Positions 24,844-32,814 of a stretch of DNA of 36,838 nucleotides are shown here, piece by piece. Source of the stretch: an uncultured Candidatus Peribacteria bacterium (GTDB lineage: Bacteria > Patescibacteriota > Gracilibacteria > UBA1369 > 2-02-FULL-48-14); the NCBI GenBank assembly GCA_964533115.1, contig CAZHKJ010000001.1, forward strand, positions 1 to 36,838, in the 5' to 3' direction. A program made the translations under genes and the position numbers. Each line of letters starts with the position of its first letter. The stretch's first letter is position 1. The notes below the pieces were generated by a model that searched no databases, had not been told where the DNA came from, and was given only the letters and a program-made list of their open reading frames with translations.

Positions 24844-25917
24844 CTATTTATGAACTTGAAGCTTTGCCTGTTCTACCTGATAGATTTTTGCTCCTTCCAA
24901 TCCCTCCAAATGGGCCACAGAAGTCGTGGTAAGAATACTTTGATGATTTTTAAGCAATTGGCCTAAATATTCCTGGCGGAGATGATCTAGCTCAGAAAAA
25001 ACATCATCCAAGAGGAGTAAGGGTTTCTCTCCACTCACCTCTTCCATGTAGCCGATTTCCGCCATTTTTAAAGCCAATACGGCGCTTCTGCATTGTCCAC
25101 GAGAACCACATTCTTTCAGAGATTTTTTGTCCAACAAAAGCGTAAAATCATCTCGATGAGGTCCCAAAGAAGTCGATCCGCTGCGAATGTCTTGATCCCT
25201 TACCGAAATGAGGCGTTCTTCAAAGCGATCTTTATGAGAGTGATAATCGAGCGTTAAGCTTTCTTTTTTTCCGGTGAGAGCCTCATGATCTTTCTGAAGA
25301 TTTGCGCTTAAAAAATCAATAAAAGCTTTTCGTTTGCCCCAAATTCTATAGGCTTCTTCCGCAAGCCGCGCATCCCACAAGTCCAGTTCCCAAGTTTGGG
25401 CGCGCTGCATTTGGATGTTTTTTAAGAGTGCGTTTCGGTGGTTCAGAATACGTTGAAATTGGCTGAACGATTCTACATAGCCTAGGTTGAGCTGGAGCAA
25501 AAGTCGGTCCAAATACTGCCGACGCTCCGAAGGGCTTCCGGTGATCAAATCCAGATGATCCGGGGTAAAAAGAACAACTTGCAGTGTCCCCAAGAAATTC
25601 TTGGGTGTGGCGACCTTGTCTCCTTTTTTCAGTTTTTTCATCTCCGGAGAACGTTGCAAAAAGATTTCCAAATCCAGCTCTTTGCCTTTTTCTTCTACCG
25701 TCCCCTTAATCCTTCCGTAAGGATGATCCCAATGTAGAGCTTCTATACTCCGATGCGAGCGAAAAGATTTTCCTAAAGCCAAAAACGCAATGCTCTCCAA
25801 GAGATTTGTTTTGCCTTGGGCGTTCAGTCCAATCAAAATAGTCAGATTCGCCTCCAAATTCAAATCCAGCGTCGTGTAGTTACGAAAAGCTTCGAGTTGA
25901 ATGCGCTTCAGTTTCAT
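24844..25917 (-). CDS. recF: DNA replication and repair protein RecF
   Basis: Motifs are MKLKRIQLEAFRNY, the Walker A GLNAQGKTNLLESI, and LLLDDVFSELD. I prefer ATG 25917 over the track's 26010, which would overlap the divergent SDR gene. Confidence 0.92.
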   Translation of the reverse strand: MKLKRIQLEAFRNYTTLDLNLEANLTILIGLNAQGKTNLLESIAFLALGKSFRSHRSIEALHWDHPYGRIKGTVEEKGKELDLEIFLQRSPEMKKLKKGDKVATPKNFLGTLQVVLFTPDHLDLITGSPSERRQYLDRLLLQLNLGYVESFSQFQRILNHRNALLKNIQMQRAQTWELDLWDARLAEEAYRIWGKRKAFIDFLSANLQKDHEALTGKKESLTLDYHSHKDRFEERLISVRDQDIRSGSTSLGPHRDDFTLLLDKKSLKECGSRGQCRSAVLALKMAEIGYMEEVSGEKPLLLLDDVFSELDHLRQEYLGQLLKNHQSILTTTSVAHLEGLEGAKIYQVEQAKLQVHK

Positions 25918-25960
25918 GAGGAGCTCGTGATTAAGTCTAGCCCTTGAGGAAATCGATCCG

Positions 25961-25966
25961 TATAAT
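25961..25966 (+). promoter_or_regulatory. Perfect TATAAT -10 box 6 nt upstream of the SDR start codon
   Basis: The sequence is ccgTATAATagggctATG. The ATG is at 25973, and no convincing -35 box is visible. Confidence 0.35.
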
Positions 25967-25972
25967 AGGGCT

Positions 25973-26704
25973 ATGCTGAATTTTTTAGAAGGGAAAACCA
26001 TTTTTATCACAGGCTCCTCACGTGGGATTGGTGCGGTTACCGCTCGTTTAGCTAAAGCCTATGGGGCAAACGTGATTTTGCACGGGCGGGAGGAAAGTCC
26101 CTCTCTTTTGAAGCTGTCCGAGGAGCTGAATTCTCCTTATTTTGTTTTTGACGTTTCCGACTCCAAAAGTGTGGAAAAAGTCATCAAGAATATCCTCAAA
26201 AAATACGCCGCTGTGGATGCTCTTGTGAATTGTGCCGGCATCACTAATCCGCATTCCATTTTAGATGCCACCGAAAAAGACTGGCTGGATGTTTATAAAG
26301 TGAATGTGCTGGGCACCGCCAATGTTTGCAAATTTTTTGCTCCCGCCATGAAAGAAAGAGGCCGTGGCCGCATCGTGAATATCTCTTCCATTCGTGCTTA
26401 TGACTCCACTACGGGACGAGGTCCCTATTCGGCTTCTAAAGCGGCTATTCTTAACTTGACCACCGTGCTCGCTAAGGAATTTGCGCCCGAAGTTTGCGTC
26501 AATGGGGTTGCCCCTGGTTATACACGTACGGATATGAGCCAGGGATGGGGACCCAAACAATGGGAAGAAGCCCATCAAGCCCTGCTGGGACGTATTGCTG
26601 AACCTGAAGAAATCGCCGAAGTCATTCTATTTTTATGCAGTGATCGAGCTAGCTTTGTTACCGCTCAAACTTTTTTGGTGGATGGCGGAGTGACGGTGGC
26701 GTAG
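25973..26704 (+). CDS. SDR-family oxidoreductase (FabG-like)
   Basis: It has the Rossmann motif ITGSSRGIGAV, LVNCAGI, the catalytic motif YSASKAA (YxxxK), and PGYTRTDM. Confidence 0.88.
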   Translation: MLNFLEGKTIFITGSSRGIGAVTARLAKAYGANVILHGREESPSLLKLSEELNSPYFVFDVSDSKSVEKVIKNILKKYAAVDALVNCAGITNPHSILDATEKDWLDVYKVNVLGTANVCKFFAPAMKERGRGRIVNISSIRAYDSTTGRGPYSASKAAILNLTTVLAKEFAPEVCVNGVAPGYTRTDMSQGWGPKQWEEAHQALLGRIAEPEEIAEVILFLCSDRASFVTAQTFLVDGGVTVA

Positions 26705-26712
26705 GGGTTAAT

Positions 26713-27198
26713 ATGAATTCGATGAATAAAGATCACTCTTCAAAAATACAATGCTACAAAAAAGCCCAAGCGGGAGAGTGGGCCACCTTTTCTTGTGGGA
26801 TTGCTTCTTTAAAAAGTCTACTCAGTTTTTGGGGCATTGAAACCCCAGACTTGGACAAATGGATGGATGAGGCGGTAACGCAGGGCGTCGTTAAATCGAC
26901 AACGGGATTCCAGTGGAAGAAAGCGCAAAAATGGGGCGAAAGAATGGGCATCCAGATGGAATATTTTCACGAAATGAATAGGAACAAACTTATCCCCTTT
27001 TTACTGGAGCAACCGCTCCTCATTTCCATTCAAATCGAAAACCTAGGGGGACATGTAGTGGTCTTAGTTGGACTGAACGATGAAACGGAAAGTAGAACTT
27101 GGACTTACTACGACCCAGAAACGGGGGGATTTGAGAAGATTTCTGATTCGATATTCACAAAAATCTTCAGAGGACATGTGATGAGAGTTCTAAAGTAG
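26713..27198 (+). CDS. Stand-alone papain-like (peptidase C39-like) cysteine peptidase domain protein
   Basis: The candidate nucleophile is in ATFSCGIASLKSLLSFWG and the candidate His is in GGHVVVLVGLND...YYDPETG. At 161 aa the length fits a single C39-like domain. Confidence 0.5.
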   Translation: MNSMNKDHSSKIQCYKKAQAGEWATFSCGIASLKSLLSFWGIETPDLDKWMDEAVTQGVVKSTTGFQWKKAQKWGERMGIQMEYFHEMNRNKLIPFLLEQPLLISIQIENLGGHVVVLVGLNDETESRTWTYYDPETGGFEKISDSIFTKIFRGHVMRVLK

Positions 27199-27206
27199 CT
27201 GATCAT

Positions 27207-27686
27207 TTAAATCTCGATCTCAAACTCTTTGATCACTTCGCAATTGCCTCCGACCCACACTTTTTCTATGGTTCCATCTGTGGTTTGAAGTTTAACAATT
27301 AAGCGGCTTGGTTTTCCCATCTGATGACCTTGGTCAAAAGCAAGATGCTCTAAATCCTTTCCATTTAATAATCCGTGCTTAAAAAGATAAGAAGCTAGAG
27401 CGCCCGTTGAAGTGCCTGTTGCCGCATCTTCGTCTTCCGTAATATCAGGAAAAAAGTTGCGAGAGAAAGCAATCGAATCGGCATTGAAGGACTCTAGAGT
27501 AAAAGCATGAAGGAGATTTTCTTTCTGACTCACGGTTCTTCCCAAATCCAAGTCTATTTTTATAGATTTCATGGTATTCAAATCTTTAATGGGGACTAAA
27601 AGCGTGGGGAAACCTGTTGAAACCCATTCAATGGGAAGCCCAGGCATCAAGTCGTCCTCAGTCATATTAAGCGCCTTCAAAATCAT
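27207..27686 (-). CDS. PhzF-family isomerase-like protein, C-terminal domain fragment
   Basis: Motifs are WVSTGFPTLLVPIKDL, EDAATGTSTGALASYL and VWVGGNCEVI. Its ATG overlaps the TGA of the upstream fragment. Confidence 0.7.
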   Translation of the reverse strand: MILKALNMTEDDLMPGLPIEWVSTGFPTLLVPIKDLNTMKSIKIDLDLGRTVSQKENLLHAFTLESFNADSIAFSRNFFPDITEDEDAATGTSTGALASYLFKHGLLNGKDLEHLAFDQGHQMGKPSRLIVKLQTTDGTIEKVWVGGNCEVIKEFEIEI

Positions 27687-28069
27687 TTCTTTATTTGCGA
27701 CACTAGAAAAATGGGCAAAGTCTGTTCCATGATGACCCTGTCACCGTCTACCTTAATGGCAAGTAAGCCTGCCAAAGTTTCTTGGCAAGCTTCCGGTTGA
27801 GTGAAAACACCTTTATTTTGGAGCAAATAACGAGTAGCCAGCGTAGCGTGCCCACATAAAGGGACTTCCGTAGTTACCGTGAAAAAACGAACCCGATAGT
27901 CTGCTGTGCTAGACTTCATGACAAAAGCTGTTTCAGAGTAGCCCAAACGATAAGCGACGTGCTGCATTTGTTCAGTTGTGAGCAGATTGGCATCCAATAC
28001 CACTCCAGCAGGATTGCCTCCATTATGCCCACCCACAAATGCATTGACCTGAAAAACTTGGATTTTCAT
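27683..28069 (-). CDS. PhzF-family isomerase-like protein, N-terminal domain fragment
   Basis: The sequence reads MKIQVFQVNAFVGGHNGGNPAGVVLDANLLTTEQMQHVAYRLGYSETAFV...RFFTVTTEVPLCGHATLA. I prefer ATG 28069 over the track's 28087. Confidence 0.7.
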   Translation of the reverse strand: MKIQVFQVNAFVGGHNGGNPAGVVLDANLLTTEQMQHVAYRLGYSETAFVMKSSTADYRVRFFTVTTEVPLCGHATLATRYLLQNKGVFTQPEACQETLAGLLAIKVDGDRVIMEQTLPIFLVSQIKK

Positions 28070-28269
28070 ACGTGCAGTATAGCACAAAAATATCTATTTT
28101 ACGCAGGCAAGTATCGTTCTACAAACTCTCTTTTTATAGGGTCGAGTTCTGGTCCGTTTAAACCACAATTGTTTTTGATTGTTTGAACTGTCTGTGTATC
28201 CGAGATCTCCAAACGGCCCTTCAGCTGGACCATTTCAAACAACTCGTGTGGAAGGACCGTACATATACA

Positions 28270-28968
28270 TCAAGATCGTTTCATCAAGGCGCCATTCGGT
28301 AGCTCAAATTCAACTCTGGAAATATCAGGCACATCTCTCCTAAATATTAAAAGTTGGGATGGAGGGACATCGAATATATTTTTTCTCAGATAATCCTCCA
28401 TGGAAAGCCCCGAGCCGAATTCATGATGTAGTGCGGCTAGATCCGTATGATTTGTTACAATACGACTGGGGTGGTTAAGATTATAAGCTTCATTAACGCC
28501 CAAAGCATGATCCAAAACACAGGCGTTGAAGCTCTCTCCGTAGACCCGGCAACGGGTGCTTGTGGGATCCATTGCAAATCCTAAATGTGCGAGTCGCCTA
28601 TCGATGTAGCTATTTTTTATAGCGGAATCTTGATCGTAGAGCTGCCTTGAGGCTGCAAAGAAACGCCCTTTAAGCTGTTTTTTGAAGTAATACAATGGCC
28701 CATATACATCGAAACTTTCACCTTCTTCAAATCCTTTTATAAAATGTTGTTGGAAGGCTGCAGGGTGACGGACGACTTTTAATTCTCCAGAAGAAAACAT
28801 CATACAGTCATTTTGTTCGACTTGCGAGACCACTTCTAATAGCCCTTTGAAATACGCCCTATAAGTAGGGAGAAATTGCTTCGCAGGTGGAACGACTAAC
28901 CCATTCATCGAAAAACCAGGATGAACCAGAACATGCAGCGTCTCAATGGGTTTTAGTGCGGGGGTCAT
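28270..28968 (-). CDS. Hypothetical protein; possible isochorismatase-like (cysteine hydrolase) fold
   Basis: This 232-aa ORF shows weak pattern matches: TLHVLVHPGF (cf. LLVxDxQxxF), LKGRFFAAS (cf. KxRYSAF) and RVYGESFNACVLDHALGVNEA (cf. lxGxxtxxCVxxTaxdA). The usual Asp appears to be replaced. Confidence 0.25.
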   Translation of the reverse strand: MTPALKPIETLHVLVHPGFSMNGLVVPPAKQFLPTYRAYFKGLLEVVSQVEQNDCMMFSSGELKVVRHPAAFQQHFIKGFEEGESFDVYGPLYYFKKQLKGRFFAASRQLYDQDSAIKNSYIDRRLAHLGFAMDPTSTRCRVYGESFNACVLDHALGVNEAYNLNHPSRIVTNHTDLAALHHEFGSGLSMEDYLRKNIFDVPPSQLLIFRRDVPDISRVEFELPNGALMKRS

Positions 28969-29024
28969 AGTAAATCTACTTTAGCACATTTAGCTGGATT
29001 GTAAAGCAGAACGCTTGACGAAAA

Positions 29025-29052
29025 TTGACAAATACTAATTTCTTTATATAGA
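29025..29052 (+). promoter_or_regulatory. Candidate sigma70-like promoter for the aminotransferase-like gene
   Basis: TTGACA (29025-29030) is followed by a 16-nt spacer and TATAGA (29047-29052), about 50 nt upstream of ATG 29102. Confidence 0.3.
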
Positions 29053-29101
29053 TTTAAATTGATGCTGCAAAACTGCATTATTATCGCTTAACTTCCTAGA
29101 G

Positions 29102-30601
29102 ATGCCTTTGGCACCCCTGGGAATTGGTAAGCGAGTTTTTTTAATATTAATTTTCATTTCTATGGCTGTACCAGAAAACGTAGGAAATTCTGACAACGGG
29201 ACCCCTGCAATCCTTCGAAGTGGCCAAGAAGAACTAATCCTTGTACATGATATGAGGCAAGTGCGCGAAGCACTGCGCAGACTGGTGCTTCCAGACGACA
29301 CTCAATTCCCTTCAACTATTGCACCCGGAATACGCCGCGCCGTTACACTCCATCAAGGGCCTGAAGATTTATATGGGCATACTCCATTCACAAATCTGAA
29401 TGAACCAGACGCTACTGTTTTACCTAAAGGCAGCTTCCTTAGAATAAGTCCCCTGAGAGAAACATTAGAGCCTGTGACACCGGGCAGACTTTGGAAAACA
29501 TTGAAAGGGGATAGCCACGCTGAAGATTGCCCTGGTGTAGAAAAACCCCTCACCCCTGACGACTTAAACAGGGTACTACTTCCCTTTGAACCTTTTACCT
29601 TAGATCATCAAGTGAGGCTTGAATTTCAAGAAGGAAGATGGCGTACAGTCGTACTTCCTGAAGGACAAAGCCCGCACAGCGGCTGGGAACTTGGAAGACA
29701 CTATGCAGGAGGTGCCATCACGGGCATGCGCGGCAATCGATTTCAAGACGGCATTTTCCTTTTTAGACCAAACGAACACATGAATCGCTTTGAAAGAGAC
29801 ATGGCTCGCATGCGTTTCCCCGGAGCTAATCGAGAGGTACTGGAGCCCGCCCTTGCCATCTTTTTGGAGGCCAATGCTAGATGGATACCCTCCACCGACG
29901 GTGTGAATTATTTTTATGTACGGCTCGTGGGAAGCCCGAGCACCAGCGGCATTCGTATCACAGGACCTGAACGTGAAATCTTATTCAAAGGAAGTCCTGT
30001 GGGTCCTTATATGCCACCCCTAGTCAAAGCCGCTGTGGCACCCGGAGTGCGTCCTGTCCCCCAAGGCTTAGGAGATGTAAAATCGACGCTCAACTACGAA
30101 GGACCCGCACAAGTTTTACTCAAGCATGCTCCCAAAGGAACACGTGAAATGCTCTTCCATAATGAAATAGGTGTTCAAGAGGGCCTCTCCGCCAATGTAG
30201 CTGCGGTCTATTACCTCCCTGGTGGCGAACGTCTGGTGGTCTTCCCTGAAAATAGAGATCTATTACCGGGCATTATGAGTCGTAGTGCAGAGGCACTCTT
30301 AAACAGCCAGCGAGGTTTTAGAACGGAACGTCGCCCTTTGCCACTTCAAGAAGCTGTTCAAGCGAACGAACTGCACTTCCTAGGTACTGCCGCACTAGTC
30401 ACCGAAGCCATGGAACTTAGGGCTCAAGCTCAGTTCGATAAAACAGGTCAACTCACCCAAGAAGGCGAGGTTATCTTCAAAAGAGATCGCGTTGGCTACG
30501 GTGAGGTGGGGCAATGGCTTTACGACCAATTTAGACTCATCCTAAGACGCTCCGACCAAACCCTCGAAGTCGCTCGCAGCTGGATGCAACAAGTGGTTTA
30601 A
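29102..30601 (+). CDS. Class IV (branched-chain/D-amino-acid/ADC-lyase fold) PLP-dependent aminotransferase-like protein with an N-terminal extension
   Basis: The segment HYAGGAITGMRGNRFQDGIFLFRPNEHMNRFERDMARMRFP resembles the IlvE stretch HYGTSVFEGIRCY..VVFRHREHMQRLHDSAKIYRFP. Other matches are FYVRLVG, the candidate catalytic Lys in DVKSTLNY, VQEGLSANV, and LLPGIMSRS (cf. LPGITR). The true start is uncertain; in-frame ATGs also occur at 29162 and 29252. Confidence 0.7.
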   Translation: MPLAPLGIGKRVFLILIFISMAVPENVGNSDNGTPAILRSGQEELILVHDMRQVREALRRLVLPDDTQFPSTIAPGIRRAVTLHQGPEDLYGHTPFTNLNEPDATVLPKGSFLRISPLRETLEPVTPGRLWKTLKGDSHAEDCPGVEKPLTPDDLNRVLLPFEPFTLDHQVRLEFQEGRWRTVVLPEGQSPHSGWELGRHYAGGAITGMRGNRFQDGIFLFRPNEHMNRFERDMARMRFPGANREVLEPALAIFLEANARWIPSTDGVNYFYVRLVGSPSTSGIRITGPEREILFKGSPVGPYMPPLVKAAVAPGVRPVPQGLGDVKSTLNYEGPAQVLLKHAPKGTREMLFHNEIGVQEGLSANVAAVYYLPGGERLVVFPENRDLLPGIMSRSAEALLNSQRGFRTERRPLPLQEAVQANELHFLGTAALVTEAMELRAQAQFDKTGQLTQEGEVIFKRDRVGYGEVGQWLYDQFRLILRRSDQTLEVARSWMQQVV

Positions 30602-30807
30602 CTCATCAAGATAAGGTGGTCAAACGCGTACCAGGATCTGTAACTAGTCGGTTGATTTAATCTTCACCAACAATGATGCAACCCGTATAAGAGATGCCGA
30701 AAAACCTTATTCTAGAAGCCCTTAGTCTTTGGAGTTGCTCCATAAACGCTATTAAAACCTTTATTCAGGAGCAGGACTCAAGATCAGAAAGTCCAAACTA
30801 TTAAACT

Positions 30808-31257
30808 TTAATATAGTTCATTGAGGGTGTCACAAGCCCCGTCATTGTCGCGGTCTAAGTCGTGGATGTCGCCAGCTCCAATAGAAAGGCAATAGTTGTA
30901 AACTTGATTGGCTTCGTACCAGCTGGAAAAGTCACCGCAGTTGTAAGCATTGTAGGAACAAATATAGCTCGGAGCTTCGGGCTCAGGTTCTGCTTCAACC
31001 ACAGGGGACACATAGACTGGCTCGTCAACAACGGGTTTTGACTCTACGTAACTAGAGTAGCTTTCAATTTCGGGGGTGCTTTCTTCAACGGTTGTGGTCT
31101 CCTCAGTAGTCACAGAAGTCTCAGCGAGGGGTTTTATTAAATCACGAGCTTCTTCAGCAATCGGTTCTGTACTTTCTTCAACAAGCACTTCCTGACTGGA
31201 GAAAGAAGGAGGGGGATCAAGAGTAACTCCTGCTCCGATAAAACTTCCAACGAACAA
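30808..31257 (-). CDS. Excalibur calcium-binding domain protein; the N-terminal membrane/signal segment appears frameshifted (see 31281-31391)
   Basis: The C-terminus NCGDFSSWYEANQVYNYCLSIGAGDIHDLDRDNDGACDTL matches the Excalibur motif (C...DRDxDGxAC). It is preceded by an acidic Glu/Thr/Pro-rich linker. The track's start is a TTG, and the frame stays open upstream to 31323 with no ATG. Confidence 0.65.
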   Translation of the reverse strand: MFVGSFIGAGVTLDPPPSFSSQEVLVEESTEPIAEEARDLIKPLAETSVTTEETTTVEESTPEIESYSSYVESKPVVDEPVYVSPVVEAEPEPEAPSYICSYNAYNCGDFSSWYEANQVYNYCLSIGAGDIHDLDRDNDGACDTLNELY

Positions 31258-31692
31258 AGCTCCAGACGCTTTAGCGATGGCTAAACGAGAGGGAGTTTGC
31301 CAAACACTTTCGTGAATAAGGCAGGATTAACCATTCCAATAGCGAAGAGGAAAGGAGCGCAAAGGAAGACGAGAAGGAATAGATTTCCCATGACATGAGA
31401 TTAGCACCCTAAGGCTAGTCAAGAAAACAAAAATAAAGGGATAAGGGAAAAAGATGGTAGACGACATAAGATACAAAACCAAATAATCCTACCATCTGAA
31501 AGAGAACGGAACTATATTTGGAGCCACACTATAGAACCTTTTCACTATAGTCATTCGCCCATCTTGGGACGGTCTCGGTGAAATTTGTACTTAGCGGCGA
31601 GTTCATCTCTGTGTTTTCGTCTGGGAGATTCCATGGTGATTGGGGTTAGGTCTATATTAAGCTATTACCTTATCTAGTTTTAGGGGATCACC

Positions 31693-32424
31693 TCACTGCT
31701 CAGGAAACTGATTCCAAGTGATTTCAAATAGATTCGCAAACATTTGATGAAAATAAGGATTTTTGATGCAGATGCAGATGGTTTCCTCTTTTGTCTCAAA
31801 AAGGGTGACTTTTCCATCGTAGATGAGACATGTTGACTCAAAAAAACGGTCTTTGGGCAGGAATCGGATTTCTCGGAAAAGTTTTGAGTCTTTCCGCTTC
31901 ATTTTTTTAGTTTCTTCTGTTTCTTGAACCAAGAGTCGGGCAAATATTTTATTTTTTATTCTTTCCTTAGTCCACTCGGTTTCACGCTTAGGGTCGATGC
32001 CTTTTAACAAGCCATCTAGATTCGTCCAAGCACTGACCATCGCAGGTTTCGTTTCCAAAATATCTTCGTACATTCTTCTGTAGCCTTCCGCTCCCTCGTA
32101 ATAAGCAATATCAATCGAAGCCGGAGGTGTTTTAATCGAAGTGTTAATCATGTCGATTAAATGTTTGGCGGCATCAAATTTTTCTTGTTCTTGAATCAGG
32201 ATTTTATTTGGATCATCAATAGCGAAGTATTTTAATGGGCCTTTTTTGAAGCTATAAACCAAATTTCTAGCTTCAAGTCTATCTAAAGCGGCATAGGCAG
32301 TGGGGCGTTTGAGTCCACTCAGCCTCGATAAAGTCGAAGGGAGAGCGGTCCCCAAATTCAGCAAAACCAAATAAACAGCTGCTTCTGTTTTTGAGAAACC
32401 AAGTTTATAAAGCTCTTCTCTCAT
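31693..32424 (-). CDS. TrmB-family HTH transcriptional regulator
   Basis: The N-terminus LYKLGFSKTEAAVYLVLLNLGTALPSTLSRLSGLKRPTAYAALDRLEARNLV matches the TrmB winged-helix pattern. The 243-aa length fits TrmB with a C-terminal effector domain. Confidence 0.8.
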   Translation of the reverse strand: MREELYKLGFSKTEAAVYLVLLNLGTALPSTLSRLSGLKRPTAYAALDRLEARNLVYSFKKGPLKYFAIDDPNKILIQEQEKFDAAKHLIDMINTSIKTPPASIDIAYYEGAEGYRRMYEDILETKPAMVSAWTNLDGLLKGIDPKRETEWTKERIKNKIFARLLVQETEETKKMKRKDSKLFREIRFLPKDRFFESTCLIYDGKVTLFETKEETICICIKNPYFHQMFANLFEITWNQFPEQ

Positions 32425-32469
32425 GAGTTTAATTTATCAGCTTTATTGGGGATGCTCACCCTCAAAAGC

Positions 32470-32504
32470 TTGACTTGTGCTTATTATTATGTCACAATAA
32501 TAAG
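32470..32504. promoter_or_regulatory. TTGACT -35-like box followed by a perfect 9-bp palindrome (candidate operator)
   Basis: TTGACT lies at 32470-32475. CTTATTATT (32480-32488), a 7-nt spacer, and AATAATAAG (32496-32504) form a perfect inverted repeat. The site is in the divergent region between the TrmB-like gene and the small ORF/leuS. Confidence 0.45.
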
Positions 32505-32527
32505 ATTTCACCAACAAAATACACCCT

Positions 32528-32725
32528 ATGGATGCCTTCAAAAGCCTTTCTCAAAAGACCAAAGTGATGATTGTTTCGAGCGCGATGTTTTTGCTCACCC
32601 TGTCTATAGGAGTTTTAGTCTTTGGGAGTGAAGCCTTAACCAGTGAAAATTCTTTGATTCATAGCTTGAAGGGTAGCGTCCAGGCAGATATGCTCTACAG
32701 CACGCCAACCGAAGCGCATCATTGA
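32528..32725 (+). CDS. Possible small single-TM membrane protein (65 aa)
   Basis: The ORF has one hydrophobic span, VMIVSSAMFLLTLSIGVLVF, and lies downstream of the palindrome/promoter-like site. I recognise no homology. Confidence 0.3.
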   Translation: MDAFKSLSQKTKVMIVSSAMFLLTLSIGVLVFGSEALTSENSLIHSLKGSVQADMLYSTPTEAHH

Positions 32726-32814
32726 TTTATTCAAACAAGATCGTCGATCCCGTATTTTTGATTGATTCTTTGAAGCCGGCAAAGGTATGATTTTTTCGTC
32801 CTTTCGCCCTCATT

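Noticed and set aside
24844-26010. Possible replication origin, because recF often sits in the dnaA-dnaN-recF-gyrB cluster.
   Set aside because: No dnaA, dnaN or gyrB is adjacent, and I saw no TTATCCACA-type DnaA boxes in the flanking intergenic regions or in the AT-rich array at 20021-20170.
29044-29301. Minus-strand 85-aa ORF overlapping the 5' end of the aminotransferase-like gene.
   Set aside because: It has no recognisable motif and a Ser/Arg-rich composition typical of an antisense frame. It does, however, cover the least certain part of the plus-strand gene, whose true start could be 29162 or 29252.
32425-32814. T-box leader or other riboswitch upstream of leuS.
   Set aside because: No T-box consensus (AGGGTGGNACCGCG-like) or specifier/antiterminator architecture is visible. 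The region is better explained by a promoter/operator plus a small ORF.
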